Assembly: GCA_012960245.1 (NCBI GenBank)
Contig: DUBO01000056.1
Coordinates: 40,859-104,858, forward strand
Direction of reading: 5' to 3'
Origin: Candidatus Binatota bacterium
Lineage (GTDB): Bacteria; Desulfobacterota; Binatia; UBA1149
DNA: 64,000 bases
Shown here: positions 47,800 to 58,570 of the stretch, piece by piece
How the letters are laid out: every line of letters starts with the position of its first letter
How positions within the stretch are numbered: position 1 is the stretch's first letter
Notes under the pieces: model-generated
What the model was told of the DNA's origin: nothing
Database searches by the model: none
The model's input: the letters and a program-made list of their open reading frames with translations, nothing else
Program-made: the position numbers and the translations under genes

Positions 47800-48513
47800 A
47801 TGCTGGGCGCTGTTATTTTTGATTTCGACGGGGTGATTGCCGACGACGAGGGACTGCACCTGGCTGGCTTCAGGCACGCCCTGTTGTCGCTGGGCATGGA
47901 AATCAGCGACGAGGATTATTACCAACGCTACGTGGGCTACGACGACCGCGACGGCTTCACCGTGATCTTCCGTGATAGGGGAGTGAGCCTGGACGAAGAA
48001 GCCCTGCTCAGATTGATGGCCGATAAGGCCGCCGAGTTTGAGCGCCTGGCGGCGGGCGGCGCTCGCCTCTTTGATGGTGTCGAAGAGCTTATCTCTGCCC
48101 TGGCCGAAGCGGGCGTGCCCCTGGCCATCGGCTCGGGAGCGCTTGGTAACGAAATACGGATGGTGCTGGCGCAGTCCGGGTTGGCCAGTCGCTTTGAGGT
48201 CATCGTGTCAGCCGAGGACGTATCGGCGGGCAAGCCCGACCCGGAGACCTACGACAGGGCCCGGCGCTTGTTGCAGCAGGGGGCTGGTCGCGAGGCCGGC
48301 GCTGGCATAGCGGCCGAGAATTGCGTGGTCATAGAAGACACGACGGCCGGCCTGGTCTCGGCCCGCTCAGCCGGTATGCATACGCTGGCGGTGACCAACA
48401 CCTTTGCGGCCGCGAGCCTGGACGCCGACCTGGTGGTCGACAGCCTGGCCGACGTCAGCGTTGAGACCCTGCGTGGCTTGCTGGACAGGGCGGGAGACAA
48501 GAGGCGTGGGTAA
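47800..48513 (+). CDS. HAD-IA hydrolase (beta-phosphoglucomutase-like)
   Basis: ATG at 47800 gives MLGAVIFDFDGVIADDE (DxDG motif I). SAGKPDPE motif III. VIEDTTAGL. Confidence 0.8.
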   Translation: MLGAVIFDFDGVIADDEGLHLAGFRHALLSLGMEISDEDYYQRYVGYDDRDGFTVIFRDRGVSLDEEALLRLMADKAAEFERLAAGGARLFDGVEELISALAEAGVPLAIGSGALGNEIRMVLAQSGLASRFEVIVSAEDVSAGKPDPETYDRARRLLQQGAGREAGAGIAAENCVVIEDTTAGLVSARSAGMHTLAVTNTFAAASLDADLVVDSLADVSVETLRGLLDRAGDKRRG

Positions 48514-48742
48514 AAACAGCAACGGCGAAATCCTGGAACAGATAGCCATTTCACACGAGATCTTTGTTGAGCTCATGGACCGCCGTCTGCCCGAGCTCGA
48601 GGCGGAAGACCTCGAGCGTTACTTCGCGGCGCTGAGTCGTTTCCTGGGAATGCTCGAGGACGATGAAAAAGAACTGCGGCAGGCGGCCCGCGAAATGGCG
48701 GCGGAGGCCATGACCCTGCTGCTCGACGAGCTGGCACGATGA
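48506..48742 (+). CDS. Small hypothetical protein
   Basis: In-frame GTG at 48506 within ORF 48404..48742. 78 aa, helical and acidic, coding-like codon pattern. Start and reality uncertain. Confidence 0.35.
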   Translation: MGKNSNGEILEQIAISHEIFVELMDRRLPELEAEDLERYFAALSRFLGMLEDDEKELRQAAREMAAEAMTLLLDELAR

Positions 48743-48846
48743 AGCCGGCGGCCGGCATCCAGCCGGACTCGCATGTCGTGGCCTTGCAGGCGGTGGCGTT
48801 TTATTCGGCGTAGCGGGATCCGTTGTTCTCGGCGTCAGGGAACGTT

Positions 48847-50257
48847 TCAGAACTCGCGCTTCAAGGGCAGCGTTACGCGGTAGACATTGCGCCCCCTTAC
48901 GACCGAGACCAGTACCGCGTTGCTGTTGCGCAGCGCCGCTAGCCGGCGGCGAAACGCGTCACGGTCGGCCACCTCGCGGCCGCCGAGCGAGCTTATTCCG
49001 TCGCCTGGCCTGATGCCGATTTCGGCCGCCGGACTGTTTTCTCTCACCGCCGAAACAGCAAGCGGTCCTTCCTTGCGCTCCACCAGCTTCAGCCCGAGTC
49101 CCTGCCACGCCAGCCGGTCTATACGCTCGGCTGGGTATACTGCTACCTGCAGTTTCAGCGAGCGCAGCACCCCGTCGTTCAACACGCCCACCTCGAGGGT
49201 CTCGCCGGCCGGCCAACTGGGCCTGGTACTGGGCCATGTTGTGTACTTTGTCGCCGTCTATAGCGCCTATGATGTCGCCCGCAGCCACGCCGGCTTCGGC
49301 TGCCGGGCTGTCCTTTTCTACGCCCCGGACGAGTACTCCGCCGTCGCTGTCTACGCCCAGATGAAAGGCGATTTCTCCGGTAAGACCCTGCACCTTGAGC
49401 CCCAGCCACGCCGGTTGAACCGAGCCGTAGTTGAGGATCTGCTCGACCACGATACGGACTTTCGCGCTGGGAATGGCAAAGCCTATTCCCTCGCCGTCGC
49501 GGTGTATGGCCGTGTTGATGCCCAGCAAGCGTCCTTCAACGTCCACCAGTGGCCCACCCGAGTTGCCGGGGTTGATCGAAGCGTCGGTTTGCAGCAGGCC
49601 GTGGTACACGAGCCTGCCGGCGTTGATCGTTCGCCCGGCAGCGCTGATGACCCCGGTCGTCACGCTGTGCGACAGTCCGAAGGGGTTGCCTATGGCTACG
49701 ACCGTTTCGCCGATCATCACCGAGTCGTCCGATGGCAGCGGGACAAAGGGAAGGGGGGTGTCGCTGTCGATGTGAAGCACGGCGAGGTCGGAATCCGAGT
49801 CGGCTCCCTGCAGGCTGGCATCGAACTCTCTGCCGTCAGACATCAGTACGCGTATCGATGTGGCTCGCAGGATGACGTGCTCGTTGGTGACGATGGTGCC
49901 GTCGGCGTCAACGAGCAGGCCCGACCCCAGTGAGCTTCGTTTCTGCCGTCGTGAGCGAGGTTGCATCTCGCCGAAGAAGTCGGAGAAGAAATCATCGACA
50001 AACGGGTCGCCAAAAAACGGCGAGCGACGTCCCAGCGGCGCGTCCACTATGGTCTCGGTGTAGATATTGACCACCGCTGGGCTGACCTTCTCTATGGCCT
50101 CCACCACCGGTGTGCGCCTGACGCTGCGGTCCGGCGAAGCCTTGCCCGCGTCGGTCACGGCGGGTGCGAAGGCGGGCAGGACCACTGCGGCTGCGAGTGC
50201 GAGCGGGAGCAATCGCAGCGTGAGCGCGACAGGCGGCTGGTATGTCGGGCTGATCAA
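48847..50257 (-). pseudogene. HtrA/DegP-family serine protease with two PDZ domains, interrupted by a frameshift at about 49203-49214
   Basis: ORF 48959..50344 carries the trypsin-like domain (GSGLLVDADGTIVTNEHV, GNSGGPLV) and PDZ1, then turns into Arg/Gly-rich nonsense. ORF 48847..49191 in another frame encodes a clean PDZ2 (GETLEVGVLNDG...GIRPGDGISSLGG). The frames meet in GGCCGGCCGGCG. TTG at 50257 overlaps the rnr stop (TTGA). This could instead be a sequencing error. Confidence 0.7.
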
Positions 50258-52341
50258 TCGCACGGTTCGAAGTCTATCCGCCGTTTCGTCACGTCGGTGG
50301 AAACCACCCGCACGCGGGCGCGGTCCCCTGGCCTGGCGGTCCATTTGCCATCGCGACTCATCAATTCCATTCGATCCTCATCGTGGTCCACGTAGTAGTC
50401 CAGCCGAGACAAGGGTACCAGCCCTTCAACGCCACTGTCATCCAGGCGCACGTAGTAGCCGTGCGGCGCCACGCCGCTGATGGTGCCGTCGTAACGCCTG
50501 CCTATGCGGGTGCTCAGGTAGATGGCCCACGCGGCGCGGGTCACGCTGCGTTCGAGCGCCTCTGCTCGGCGCTCGAGACGTGAGCAGTCCCCTGACATCG
50601 ACTCGATCGCTGCCTTTCCCGGTCTCGAATCGGCGCGCCCGCCCATCCGGGCCACCAGCGCACGGTGCACCAGCAGGTCGGGGTAGCGCCGTATGGGTGA
50701 GGTGAAGTGCGCGTAGCAGGGGCTGGCCAGGCCGAAGTGCTGATCTTTATACGCGGTGTAACGCGCACGCATCATCGATCTCAATATCATCAGGCTCACC
50801 TGGCCCGAGCCCGGCAGCTGGGCGGCCTTCTCGAGCAGGGCCTGCAGGTCGGCCGGCTTGATGTTTTCGGGGGCAGTGTCCAGCCGCAGCCCCAAGGCGG
50901 GCAGGCGCGAGGCAAGCGATATCATAGCCGCCTGGTCGGGGCGCTCGTGCACGCGGTAAGGAAAAGCCGGTCCTTCTCGGTCGAGTTTGTCGGCGACCGT
51001 TTCGTTGGCAGCCAGCATGAAGTCCTCGATGAGAAGGTGTGCGGCCAGCCGCGGCCGGTTGACGATAACGTCGGGGTCGCCGTTGTCGTTGACCTGTACC
51101 TGGCTTTCGGGGAGGTCCAGCTCCAGTGACCCGCGTTTGCGTCGGGCCGTCCTCATGGCGACAGCGCAGCGCTGCATCTGTCCGAGCATCTCGGCGGTCG
51201 CGCTGTCGATGTCCTCCGGCTGCCCGTCGAGGCAGTCCTGCACCGACTGGTAGGTGAGTCTCGCCTTACTGCGTATGATACTGCGCGCAAAGGTGGCATC
51301 GGTGACTTCGCCGCTGTTGCTTATGGTCATCTCGACCGAGACGGTCAGCCGGTCGCGGTCCGGGCGCAGACTGGCAAGGTTGGTGGAGATTCGTTCCGGT
51401 AGCATGGGCACGGCATAGCCCGGAAAATAAACGCTCGTGCCCCTGTCAAAGGCTTCGGCGTCGAGCTTGCTGCCGTCCTTGACGTACCAGGACACGTCGG
51501 CGATGGCCACGCAGAGCAGCCAGCCCTTACCCTTGCGCGACAGGCAGATAGCGTCGTCAAAATCCCTGGCGTCGGCTCCGTCTATGGTTACGAAGTGACT
51601 GTCCCTGAGGTCGAGTCGTTCCTCGGCGTCCCTGTCGCCGGGTTCACGAAAACGCTCGGCCTCGGCCAGCACCTCGTCGCTGAACTCAACCGGCAGCGAA
51701 GCCTCGGCGCAGGCGATGGCGATCTCCCTGTCCAGTGGGCCACGGCTTTCTACCTCGCCATCGATGCGGACCTCTATGTTGTCGTGCCGGCCCGGGTAGC
51801 GGCTTATGGTGGCCTTGAGCAGGCAGCCGGGCTGCGCGGGGGGGCTGTCGTGGGCAAGCCGGACCTCGTAGTCAATGGCGTGGTCGTTGGGAATGAACAC
51901 TCTGCGGTTGCGCGTCGACATCTCCCCGGTGATGACCTTGCGGCCTCGCTCAAGCACGCTGTGTATGGCCGCGTTCGCAGGCCTCCGGGTACTCCTGGTC
52001 AGCGGTTCGGCCAGCACCAGGTCGCCGTCCATGGCGGGCCTCAGCGCGTTTGCCGACACGCGCAACGCGTCCTGCGAATCGTCCAGCGGGATGATGAGGG
52101 CATCGCGACTACGGCGTCTTACCCTGCCGGCCACCAGCCCGAGTTTTCGGGTGAGGCCCACGCGGGACTTTCGGCGAAGCAGTTCACCGCGCTTGGCCAG
52201 CGAGGCCAGTGCCTCTTCGAACTCGGCCGGCTCAAGCTCGGTGCTCGCCTGGAGCTCGGCCACCGGGGTGTAACGCTTGCGCGATTTACGCAGTCGCGCG
52301 AGGACGACTGCTTCGTTGTCGGGTTTATTTTTCTTTCTCAC
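50254..52341 (-). CDS. rnr: Ribonuclease R
   Basis: 695 aa. Cold-shock-like N-terminus, RNB catalytic domain (DGADARDFDDAI) and a C-terminal S1 domain. GTG start. Confidence 0.95.
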   Translation of the reverse strand: MRKKNKPDNEAVVLARLRKSRKRYTPVAELQASTELEPAEFEEALASLAKRGELLRRKSRVGLTRKLGLVAGRVRRRSRDALIIPLDDSQDALRVSANALRPAMDGDLVLAEPLTRSTRRPANAAIHSVLERGRKVITGEMSTRNRRVFIPNDHAIDYEVRLAHDSPPAQPGCLLKATISRYPGRHDNIEVRIDGEVESRGPLDREIAIACAEASLPVEFSDEVLAEAERFREPGDRDAEERLDLRDSHFVTIDGADARDFDDAICLSRKGKGWLLCVAIADVSWYVKDGSKLDAEAFDRGTSVYFPGYAVPMLPERISTNLASLRPDRDRLTVSVEMTISNSGEVTDATFARSIIRSKARLTYQSVQDCLDGQPEDIDSATAEMLGQMQRCAVAMRTARRKRGSLELDLPESQVQVNDNGDPDVIVNRPRLAAHLLIEDFMLAANETVADKLDREGPAFPYRVHERPDQAAMISLASRLPALGLRLDTAPENIKPADLQALLEKAAQLPGSGQVSLMILRSMMRARYTAYKDQHFGLASPCYAHFTSPIRRYPDLLVHRALVARMGGRADSRPGKAAIESMSGDCSRLERRAEALERSVTRAAWAIYLSTRIGRRYDGTISGVAPHGYYVRLDDSGVEGLVPLSRLDYYVDHDEDRMELMSRDGKWTARPGDRARVRVVSTDVTKRRIDFEPCD

Positions 52342-52353
52342 GTCGATGGGATC

Positions 52354-52715
52354 TCAGTGGACGAACACGCAGGCGGCGACCAGGACCTTCCAACGCTTGG
52401 CTGTAGCCCCCCTGGCCGATTGCAAGACATTGCGGGTGCGTACGATCTGATCGCTCGGTGTCCAGTACGCCTTCTTTCGTCGTAGCTGGTGTCTGGGGCG
52501 AAATCTACGTTGAGTATCTTGGCAAGCGTCCGGGCCGCGAGATACTCGGTGTAATCACCGGCCTGCGCGTCGGTTTCGCCAAAGGAATGGTGTTCGCCCA
52601 GGTAGCCGTACATCGAACGGTCGCGGGGTACGGCCACACTCACCGAGGCCGTTAGTTTTTCTTTGTGCCGCCCCACGCCACGGGTCAGGAAGGCCCTGGT
52701 CGCGACTTCACCCAC
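52354..52715 (-). pseudogene. Remnant of a pyruvoyl-dependent arginine decarboxylase gene (internal deletion plus frameshift)
   Basis: From GTG 52715 the sequence reads VGEVATRAFLTRGVGRHKEKLT, which then joins directly to ASVSVAVPRDRSMYGYLGEHHSFGETDAQAGDYTEYLAARTLAKILNVDFAPDTSYDE. After a shift near 52472-52480 the other frame reads KKAYWTPSDQIVRTRNVLQSARGATAKRWKVLVAACVFVH*. Compared with my memory of bacterial PvlArgDC (about 180 aa), roughly 60 central codons are missing, including the self-cleaving Ser site. Confidence 0.55.
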
Positions 52716-52719
52716 TGGT

Positions 52720-54372
<1,653 letters not shown>

Positions 54373-54409
54373 GATTTCGGGTCTCCGTCGATCAGTCGGG
54401 CTGGCCTGA

Positions 54410-55534
54410 TTATCCGAGCATGGCCAGGAGCACGCCGGCTGCCACGGCCGAGCCGATCACGCCGGCCACGTTGGGGGCCATGGCGTGCATGATGAGAAAG
54501 TTTGTCGGGTCTTCTTTCTGCGCGGTCGTGAGGGCCACGCGCGCGGCCATGGGTACGGCCGACACCCCGGCAGCACCGATGATGGGGTTGATAGGGTCCT
54601 TCGAAAAACGATTCATGATCTTGGCAAACACCACCCCGGTGGCGGTGGCAATGCAGAAGGCCACCAGCCCCAAACCAAAGATCTGCAACGATTCAACACG
54701 TAGAAAACGCTCGGCCGTGGCGCCGGCGCCCACGCAGATGCCCAGGATTATGGTGATCGAGTCTATGAAAGCGTTGCGCGCCGTGTTGGCCAGGCGGTCG
54801 GTGACCCCGCTCTCCTTGAGCAGGTTGCCGAAGAACAGCATTCCCAGCAGTACTGTCGCCTTGGGTGCGATCAACGTGCAGACGATAAAGCCCACTATGG
54901 GAAACAGTATCTTCTGAGCGCGCGACACCTCGCGCGGATCCTTCATGCGTATCAGCCGTTCTTCGCGGGTTGTGAGCAGGCGCACGATAGGGGGCTGTAT
55001 TATAGGTACCAGGGCCATGTAGCCGTAAGCCGCCACGGCAACGGCCGGCAATAATTCCGGGGCCAGCTGGGCGGTTATGAAAATCGTGGTGGGCCCGTCG
55101 GCGCCGCCGATGATGCCTATGGCACCGGCTTCCTGGGGGGTGAAATTAAGCGCCAGCGCACCCCAGTAAGTAAAGAAAATGCCCGCCTGCGCAGCCGCGC
55201 CCAGCAGTATAAGCCGGGGCTGCGATAGCATGGCCGAAAAATCCGTCATCGCTCCCAGGCCGAGGAAGATCAGCGCGGGGAAGATCTCATGTTTGACGCC
55301 GAAGTAGAGGTAGTGGATGACCCCGTGCTCATCAAAGGGAGACGCCCCTGCCTCGGGGATGTTGCCCATGATCATGCCGAAGCCTATGGGCACCAGCAGC
55401 AGGGGCTCGTAATTTTTGGTTATGGCCAGGCCTATGAGCAGCAGCCCGACGCCTATCATCAGCAGGGAGCCGGGGTTCTGGGGGAAAAGCGCGAATCCGG
55501 TTTGCGAGAGAAAGTGAGCCAGGGAATCCATCAT
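54410..55534 (-). CDS. mmdB: Na+-translocating decarboxylase beta subunit (OadB/MmdB/GcdB family)
   Basis: 374 aa polytopic membrane protein. [20 protein letters not shown] and IIGGADGPT motifs. Confidence 0.9.
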   Translation of the reverse strand: MMDSLAHFLSQTGFALFPQNPGSLLMIGVGLLLIGLAITKNYEPLLLVPIGFGMIMGNIPEAGASPFDEHGVIHYLYFGVKHEIFPALIFLGLGAMTDFSAMLSQPRLILLGAAAQAGIFFTYWGALALNFTPQEAGAIGIIGGADGPTTIFITAQLAPELLPAVAVAAYGYMALVPIIQPPIVRLLTTREERLIRMKDPREVSRAQKILFPIVGFIVCTLIAPKATVLLGMLFFGNLLKESGVTDRLANTARNAFIDSITIILGICVGAGATAERFLRVESLQIFGLGLVAFCIATATGVVFAKIMNRFSKDPINPIIGAAGVSAVPMAARVALTTAQKEDPTNFLIMHAMAPNVAGVIGSAVAAGVLLAMLG

Positions 55535-55546
55535 GGCGGGTGTCCG

Positions 55547-55975
55547 TCAGCCGACCTCGACCAGCAACTGGCCACTGTTGACTTCGCTGCCTTGTGATAT
55601 GTGCACGGCCTTGACCGTACCGGCTGCCGGGGTAGCGATGTCGTTTTCCATTTTCATTGCTTCGAGCTTGAGCACTATCTGCCCGGCAGCAACAGTGTCG
55701 CCGGCTTTCACCAGCACGGCGGTCACTACCCCGGGAATGGGAGCCGTGACCGAGCCGCTGCCACCGGCCGCGGGCGCAGGCCTTGCCGGTGCCGGGGGAG
55801 CCGCGGCCGGCGTGGCTGCCAGCGGTGAAGCGGCGGCAGGGGGCGCCACCGCCGGCCCGACCGACTCTACCTCGAAGGATTGCCCGTCCACTCTTACCGT
55901 AGCCCCGCCACCAGCGTGGTCGGTTACCGTTACCTCGTATTCGTTGCCGCCACTGCGGACCTTGTAAACAGCCAT
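55547..55975 (-). CDS. mmdC: Biotin carboxyl carrier subunit of the decarboxylase
   Basis: ATG at 55975 after GGGAGA (ORF track start 56062 is rejected). Ala/Pro-rich linker and the biotinyl-lysine motif LKLEAMKMEN. Confidence 0.85.
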   Translation of the reverse strand: MAVYKVRSGGNEYEVTVTDHAGGGATVRVDGQSFEVESVGPAVAPPAAASPLAATPAAAPPAPARPAPAAGGSGSVTAPIPGVVTAVLVKAGDTVAAGQIVLKLEAMKMENDIATPAAGTVKAVHISQGSEVNSGQLLVEVG

Positions 55976-55976
55976 T

Positions 55977-56339
55977 CTATCTCCCTCGGGTTCCGGCCAG
56001 TTGGTTTGCACGAGCCAACGCGGCCCACCTGCTGCTGTTGGCGGCCGGCCGCACACTGACACGGCGCCGCTGGTGCAGCCCCCAGGCTGCCAGTGCCACG
56101 GAGGTCAGATCGTCTTTTTCCTGCCCTTCGGCTTTGCCCATCGCCGCGGAAGCCGAAACGCCGTCTTCGCTGGCAAGGCTGGCTGTCGGAGCAGGCACGG
56201 CCGTTTTGCCTTCGATCCGGGCCAGTACCTTGTCCATGATGCCGATGACGATTATCAACAACAGCAGTGCCAGGAACACCATGCTTATGCCGAGCACGGC
56301 CATGCTCGGCCCCGATACTGCCCCGGCGTCCATGCTCAC
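55977..56339 (-). CDS. OadG-like small membrane-anchor subunit of the decarboxylase
   Basis: 120 aa. A single N-terminal TM helix (VLGISMVFLALLLLIIVIGIM), as in OadG/MmdD. GTG start overlaps the carboxyltransferase stop (GTGA). Confidence 0.6.
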   Translation of the reverse strand: MSMDAGAVSGPSMAVLGISMVFLALLLLIIVIGIMDKVLARIEGKTAVPAPTASLASEDGVSASAAMGKAEGQEKDDLTSVALAAWGLHQRRRVSVRPAANSSRWAALARANQLAGTRGR

Positions 56340-57886
56340 AGCGGGATATTGCCGTGCTTGCGCGCCGGCGTAGTCGCTTTCTTGTTGGCCAGCATGGCCA
56401 GCCCCTGGGCTATGCGTACCCTTAAGTCCGTGGGGGAAATTATTTCGTCTATGTAGCCCAGTTCAGCGGCCCTGAAGGGGGTGGCTATCTTGTTGCCGTA
56501 GTCTTCGACCAGCTCCTTGCGGCGCTCTTCGGGCTTGTCGGCTTCCTTGATCTCCTTGCGGAAGATTATGTTGACCGCACCGTCGGCTCCCATCACCGCG
56601 ATCTGAGCGGTGGGGAAGGCGAGGTTGAGGTCAGCGCCAACGTGCTTGGCCCCCATGACGGCGTAGGCGCCACCGTAAGCCTTGCGGGTTATGACCGTGA
56701 TCTTGGGTACGGTGGCCTCGGCGTACGCGTAAACGATCTTGGCCCCGTGGCGGATGATGCCACCCCACTCCTGGGTTGTTCCCGGTAGGTAGCCCGGCAC
56801 GTCTTCGAAGGTGATCACCGGCAGGTTGAAGCAGTCGCAGAACCTGACGAAGCGCGAGATCTTATTCGACGCGTCTATGTCGAGGCAGCCCGCGAGGTGC
56901 ATGGGCTGGTTGGCCACTATACCCACCGGCCGTCCGCCTATACGCGCAAAACCGGTGATGGCGTTCAGGGCAAAATGGGCGTGGGCTTCCATGAAGCTGC
57001 CGCCGTCGACCACTGCCTGCACCAGCGTGTGCATGTCGTAGGGCTTGTTCGGGTTCTCGGGAATAAGGTCTTCGAGCTCGGGCGTGAGCCGGTCCTGGGG
57101 GTCGCCAGTGTCGGCCAGCGGTGGGTCATCGACGTTATTTGACGGCAGGAAGGACAGCAGTCGCCTGAGGTCGGCTATGCAGGCCTGGTCGTCGGGCGAC
57201 ACGAAGTGGGCCACGCCGCTGCGGCTGTTGTGGGCCATGGCTCCACCGAGATCTTCCTGGCTGACCTCTTCGCGGGTGACCGACTTGATTACCTCCGGGC
57301 CGGTGATGAACATGTAACTGGTCTTGTCGACCATCATTATGAAGTCGGTCAGTGCCGGCGAGTACGAGGCGCCGCCTGCGCAGGGGCCCATGACCAGCGA
57401 TATCTGCGGCACGACACCCGAGGCCATAGTGTTTCGGTAGAAGATGTCCGAGTAGCCACCGAGGCTCTCCACTCCCTCCTGGATACGCGCGCCGCCCGAA
57501 TCGTTGATGCCAACTATGGGTGCGCCTGCGGTGGTGGCCATCTCCATGATCTTGCAGATCTTCTCGGCCACGGTGTGGCTGAGGCTGCCGCCGAGCACGG
57601 TGAAGTCCTGGGAGTAGCAGAACACGGTGCGGCCCTCGACCGTGCCGAAGCCGGTAATCACGCCGTCACCGGGCACCTTGTTGTCGCCCATGCCGAACTC
57701 GTCGCAGCGATGGGTTCGCAGCCGGTCGAGCTCAACGAAGCTGCCCACGTCGAACAGCAGTTCGATGCGCTCCCTGGCGGTAAGCTGCCCCTTGTCGTGA
57801 CGTTTCTTTATACGCTGTTCGCCACCGCCCGCTTCGGCAGCAGCATTACGGCGCTCAAGCTCGTTTAACACCCGGTCCAGTGCCAT
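56336..57886 (-). CDS. mmdA: Methylmalonyl-CoA decarboxylase alpha subunit (carboxyltransferase, PccB-like)
   Basis: ATG at 57886 after GGAGAA (ORF track start 58138 is rejected). RIKKRHDKGQLTARERIELL, GGARIQEG and GGAYAVMG motifs of acyl-CoA carboxyltransferases. Confidence 0.9.
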   Translation of the reverse strand: MALDRVLNELERRNAAAEAGGGEQRIKKRHDKGQLTARERIELLFDVGSFVELDRLRTHRCDEFGMGDNKVPGDGVITGFGTVEGRTVFCYSQDFTVLGGSLSHTVAEKICKIMEMATTAGAPIVGINDSGGARIQEGVESLGGYSDIFYRNTMASGVVPQISLVMGPCAGGASYSPALTDFIMMVDKTSYMFITGPEVIKSVTREEVSQEDLGGAMAHNSRSGVAHFVSPDDQACIADLRRLLSFLPSNNVDDPPLADTGDPQDRLTPELEDLIPENPNKPYDMHTLVQAVVDGGSFMEAHAHFALNAITGFARIGGRPVGIVANQPMHLAGCLDIDASNKISRFVRFCDCFNLPVITFEDVPGYLPGTTQEWGGIIRHGAKIVYAYAEATVPKITVITRKAYGGAYAVMGAKHVGADLNLAFPTAQIAVMGADGAVNIIFRKEIKEADKPEERRKELVEDYGNKIATPFRAAELGYIDEIISPTDLRVRIAQGLAMLANKKATTPARKHGNIPL

Positions 57887-57908
57887 CCTGTTCTCCGCTC
57901 CCCTGGTT

Positions 57909-57940
57909 CTTCGCGTAAACGCTTCGCGTAAATGCTTCGG
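57909..57940. repeat. 13-bp tandem direct repeat CTTCGCGTAAA(C/T)G x2 plus a partial third unit, in the mmdA leader
   Basis: Units at 57909-57921 and 57922-57934, partial CTTCGG at 57935-57940. Lies 23-54 nt upstream of the mmdA ATG. On the coding strand it reads CCGAAGCATTTACGCGAAGCGTTTACGCGAAG. Confidence 0.85.
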
Positions 57941-58019
57941 CGTCGTAGGCTCGGTACGGCCCCATGGGGGTGTCCGGAGCCCCGAAAAACAAGATTGATA
58001 CTGCTTCGGCGGGCAAAAT

Positions 58020-58517
58020 TCAAGGTCGGGTGTACGGCCCCCCCCCGGGGCCGCCAGGAAGGCCGGGGGGGAGTGTAGCCCGATCGCCCACACGCAGCCC
58101 GTGTCTGCTGCAGAAACCGGCCACGACCTCGAGCACATAGCGGGCCGGAGCCCCCGACGCGATGCTGCGTTCTGAGTAGGGGCGGGTGTCAGGGGCTATT
58201 GAAACCAGCTTGCCGCTGGAGTCAAAAAAGATGATATCGAGGGACAGCGGGGTATTTTTCATCCAGAAACTACGTGGTTTTTCTTCGGCAAACACGAACA
58301 GCATGCCTTCGTCATCAGCCATTTCGCTGCGCCACATAAGCCCGCGCTGCAACTGCCCCGGGCTGGTCGCCACTTCTACGCGTATCGAGATGTCGCCCAG
58401 CTCGGTGTGCAGAACCACTACCGGGCTGCTGTCGTGGGTGCATCCCGCGAGGGCGAAGGACGTCAACAGCAGGATCATTGCCCATAAGGCGGGCTTAAAG
58501 CTGTACTTCAGCTGCAT
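58020..58517 (-). CDS. DUF192-family lipoprotein
   Basis: 165 aa. Lipobox LTSFALAGC. QLQRGLMWRSEMADDEGMLFVF...FWMKNTPLSLDIIF is typical of DUF192 (COG1430). Pro/Gly-rich tail. Confidence 0.8.
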   Translation of the reverse strand: MQLKYSFKPALWAMILLLTSFALAGCTHDSSPVVVLHTELGDISIRVEVATSPGQLQRGLMWRSEMADDEGMLFVFAEEKPRSFWMKNTPLSLDIIFFDSSGKLVSIAPDTRPYSERSIASGAPARYVLEVVAGFCSRHGLRVGDRATLPPGLPGGPGGGPYTRP

Positions 58518-58570
58518 ACTGTCCTATCTTAGACCTTCTTCTTATCGACCGCTGCACCCGAGGGGGAACG

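Noticed and set aside
58037-58071. G/C-run palindrome CCCCCCCCGGGGCC...GGCCGGGGGGG
   Set aside because: It lies inside the 3' end of the DUF192 gene, where it encodes the PPGLPGGPGGGP tail. There is no U-tract and no independent evidence of function.
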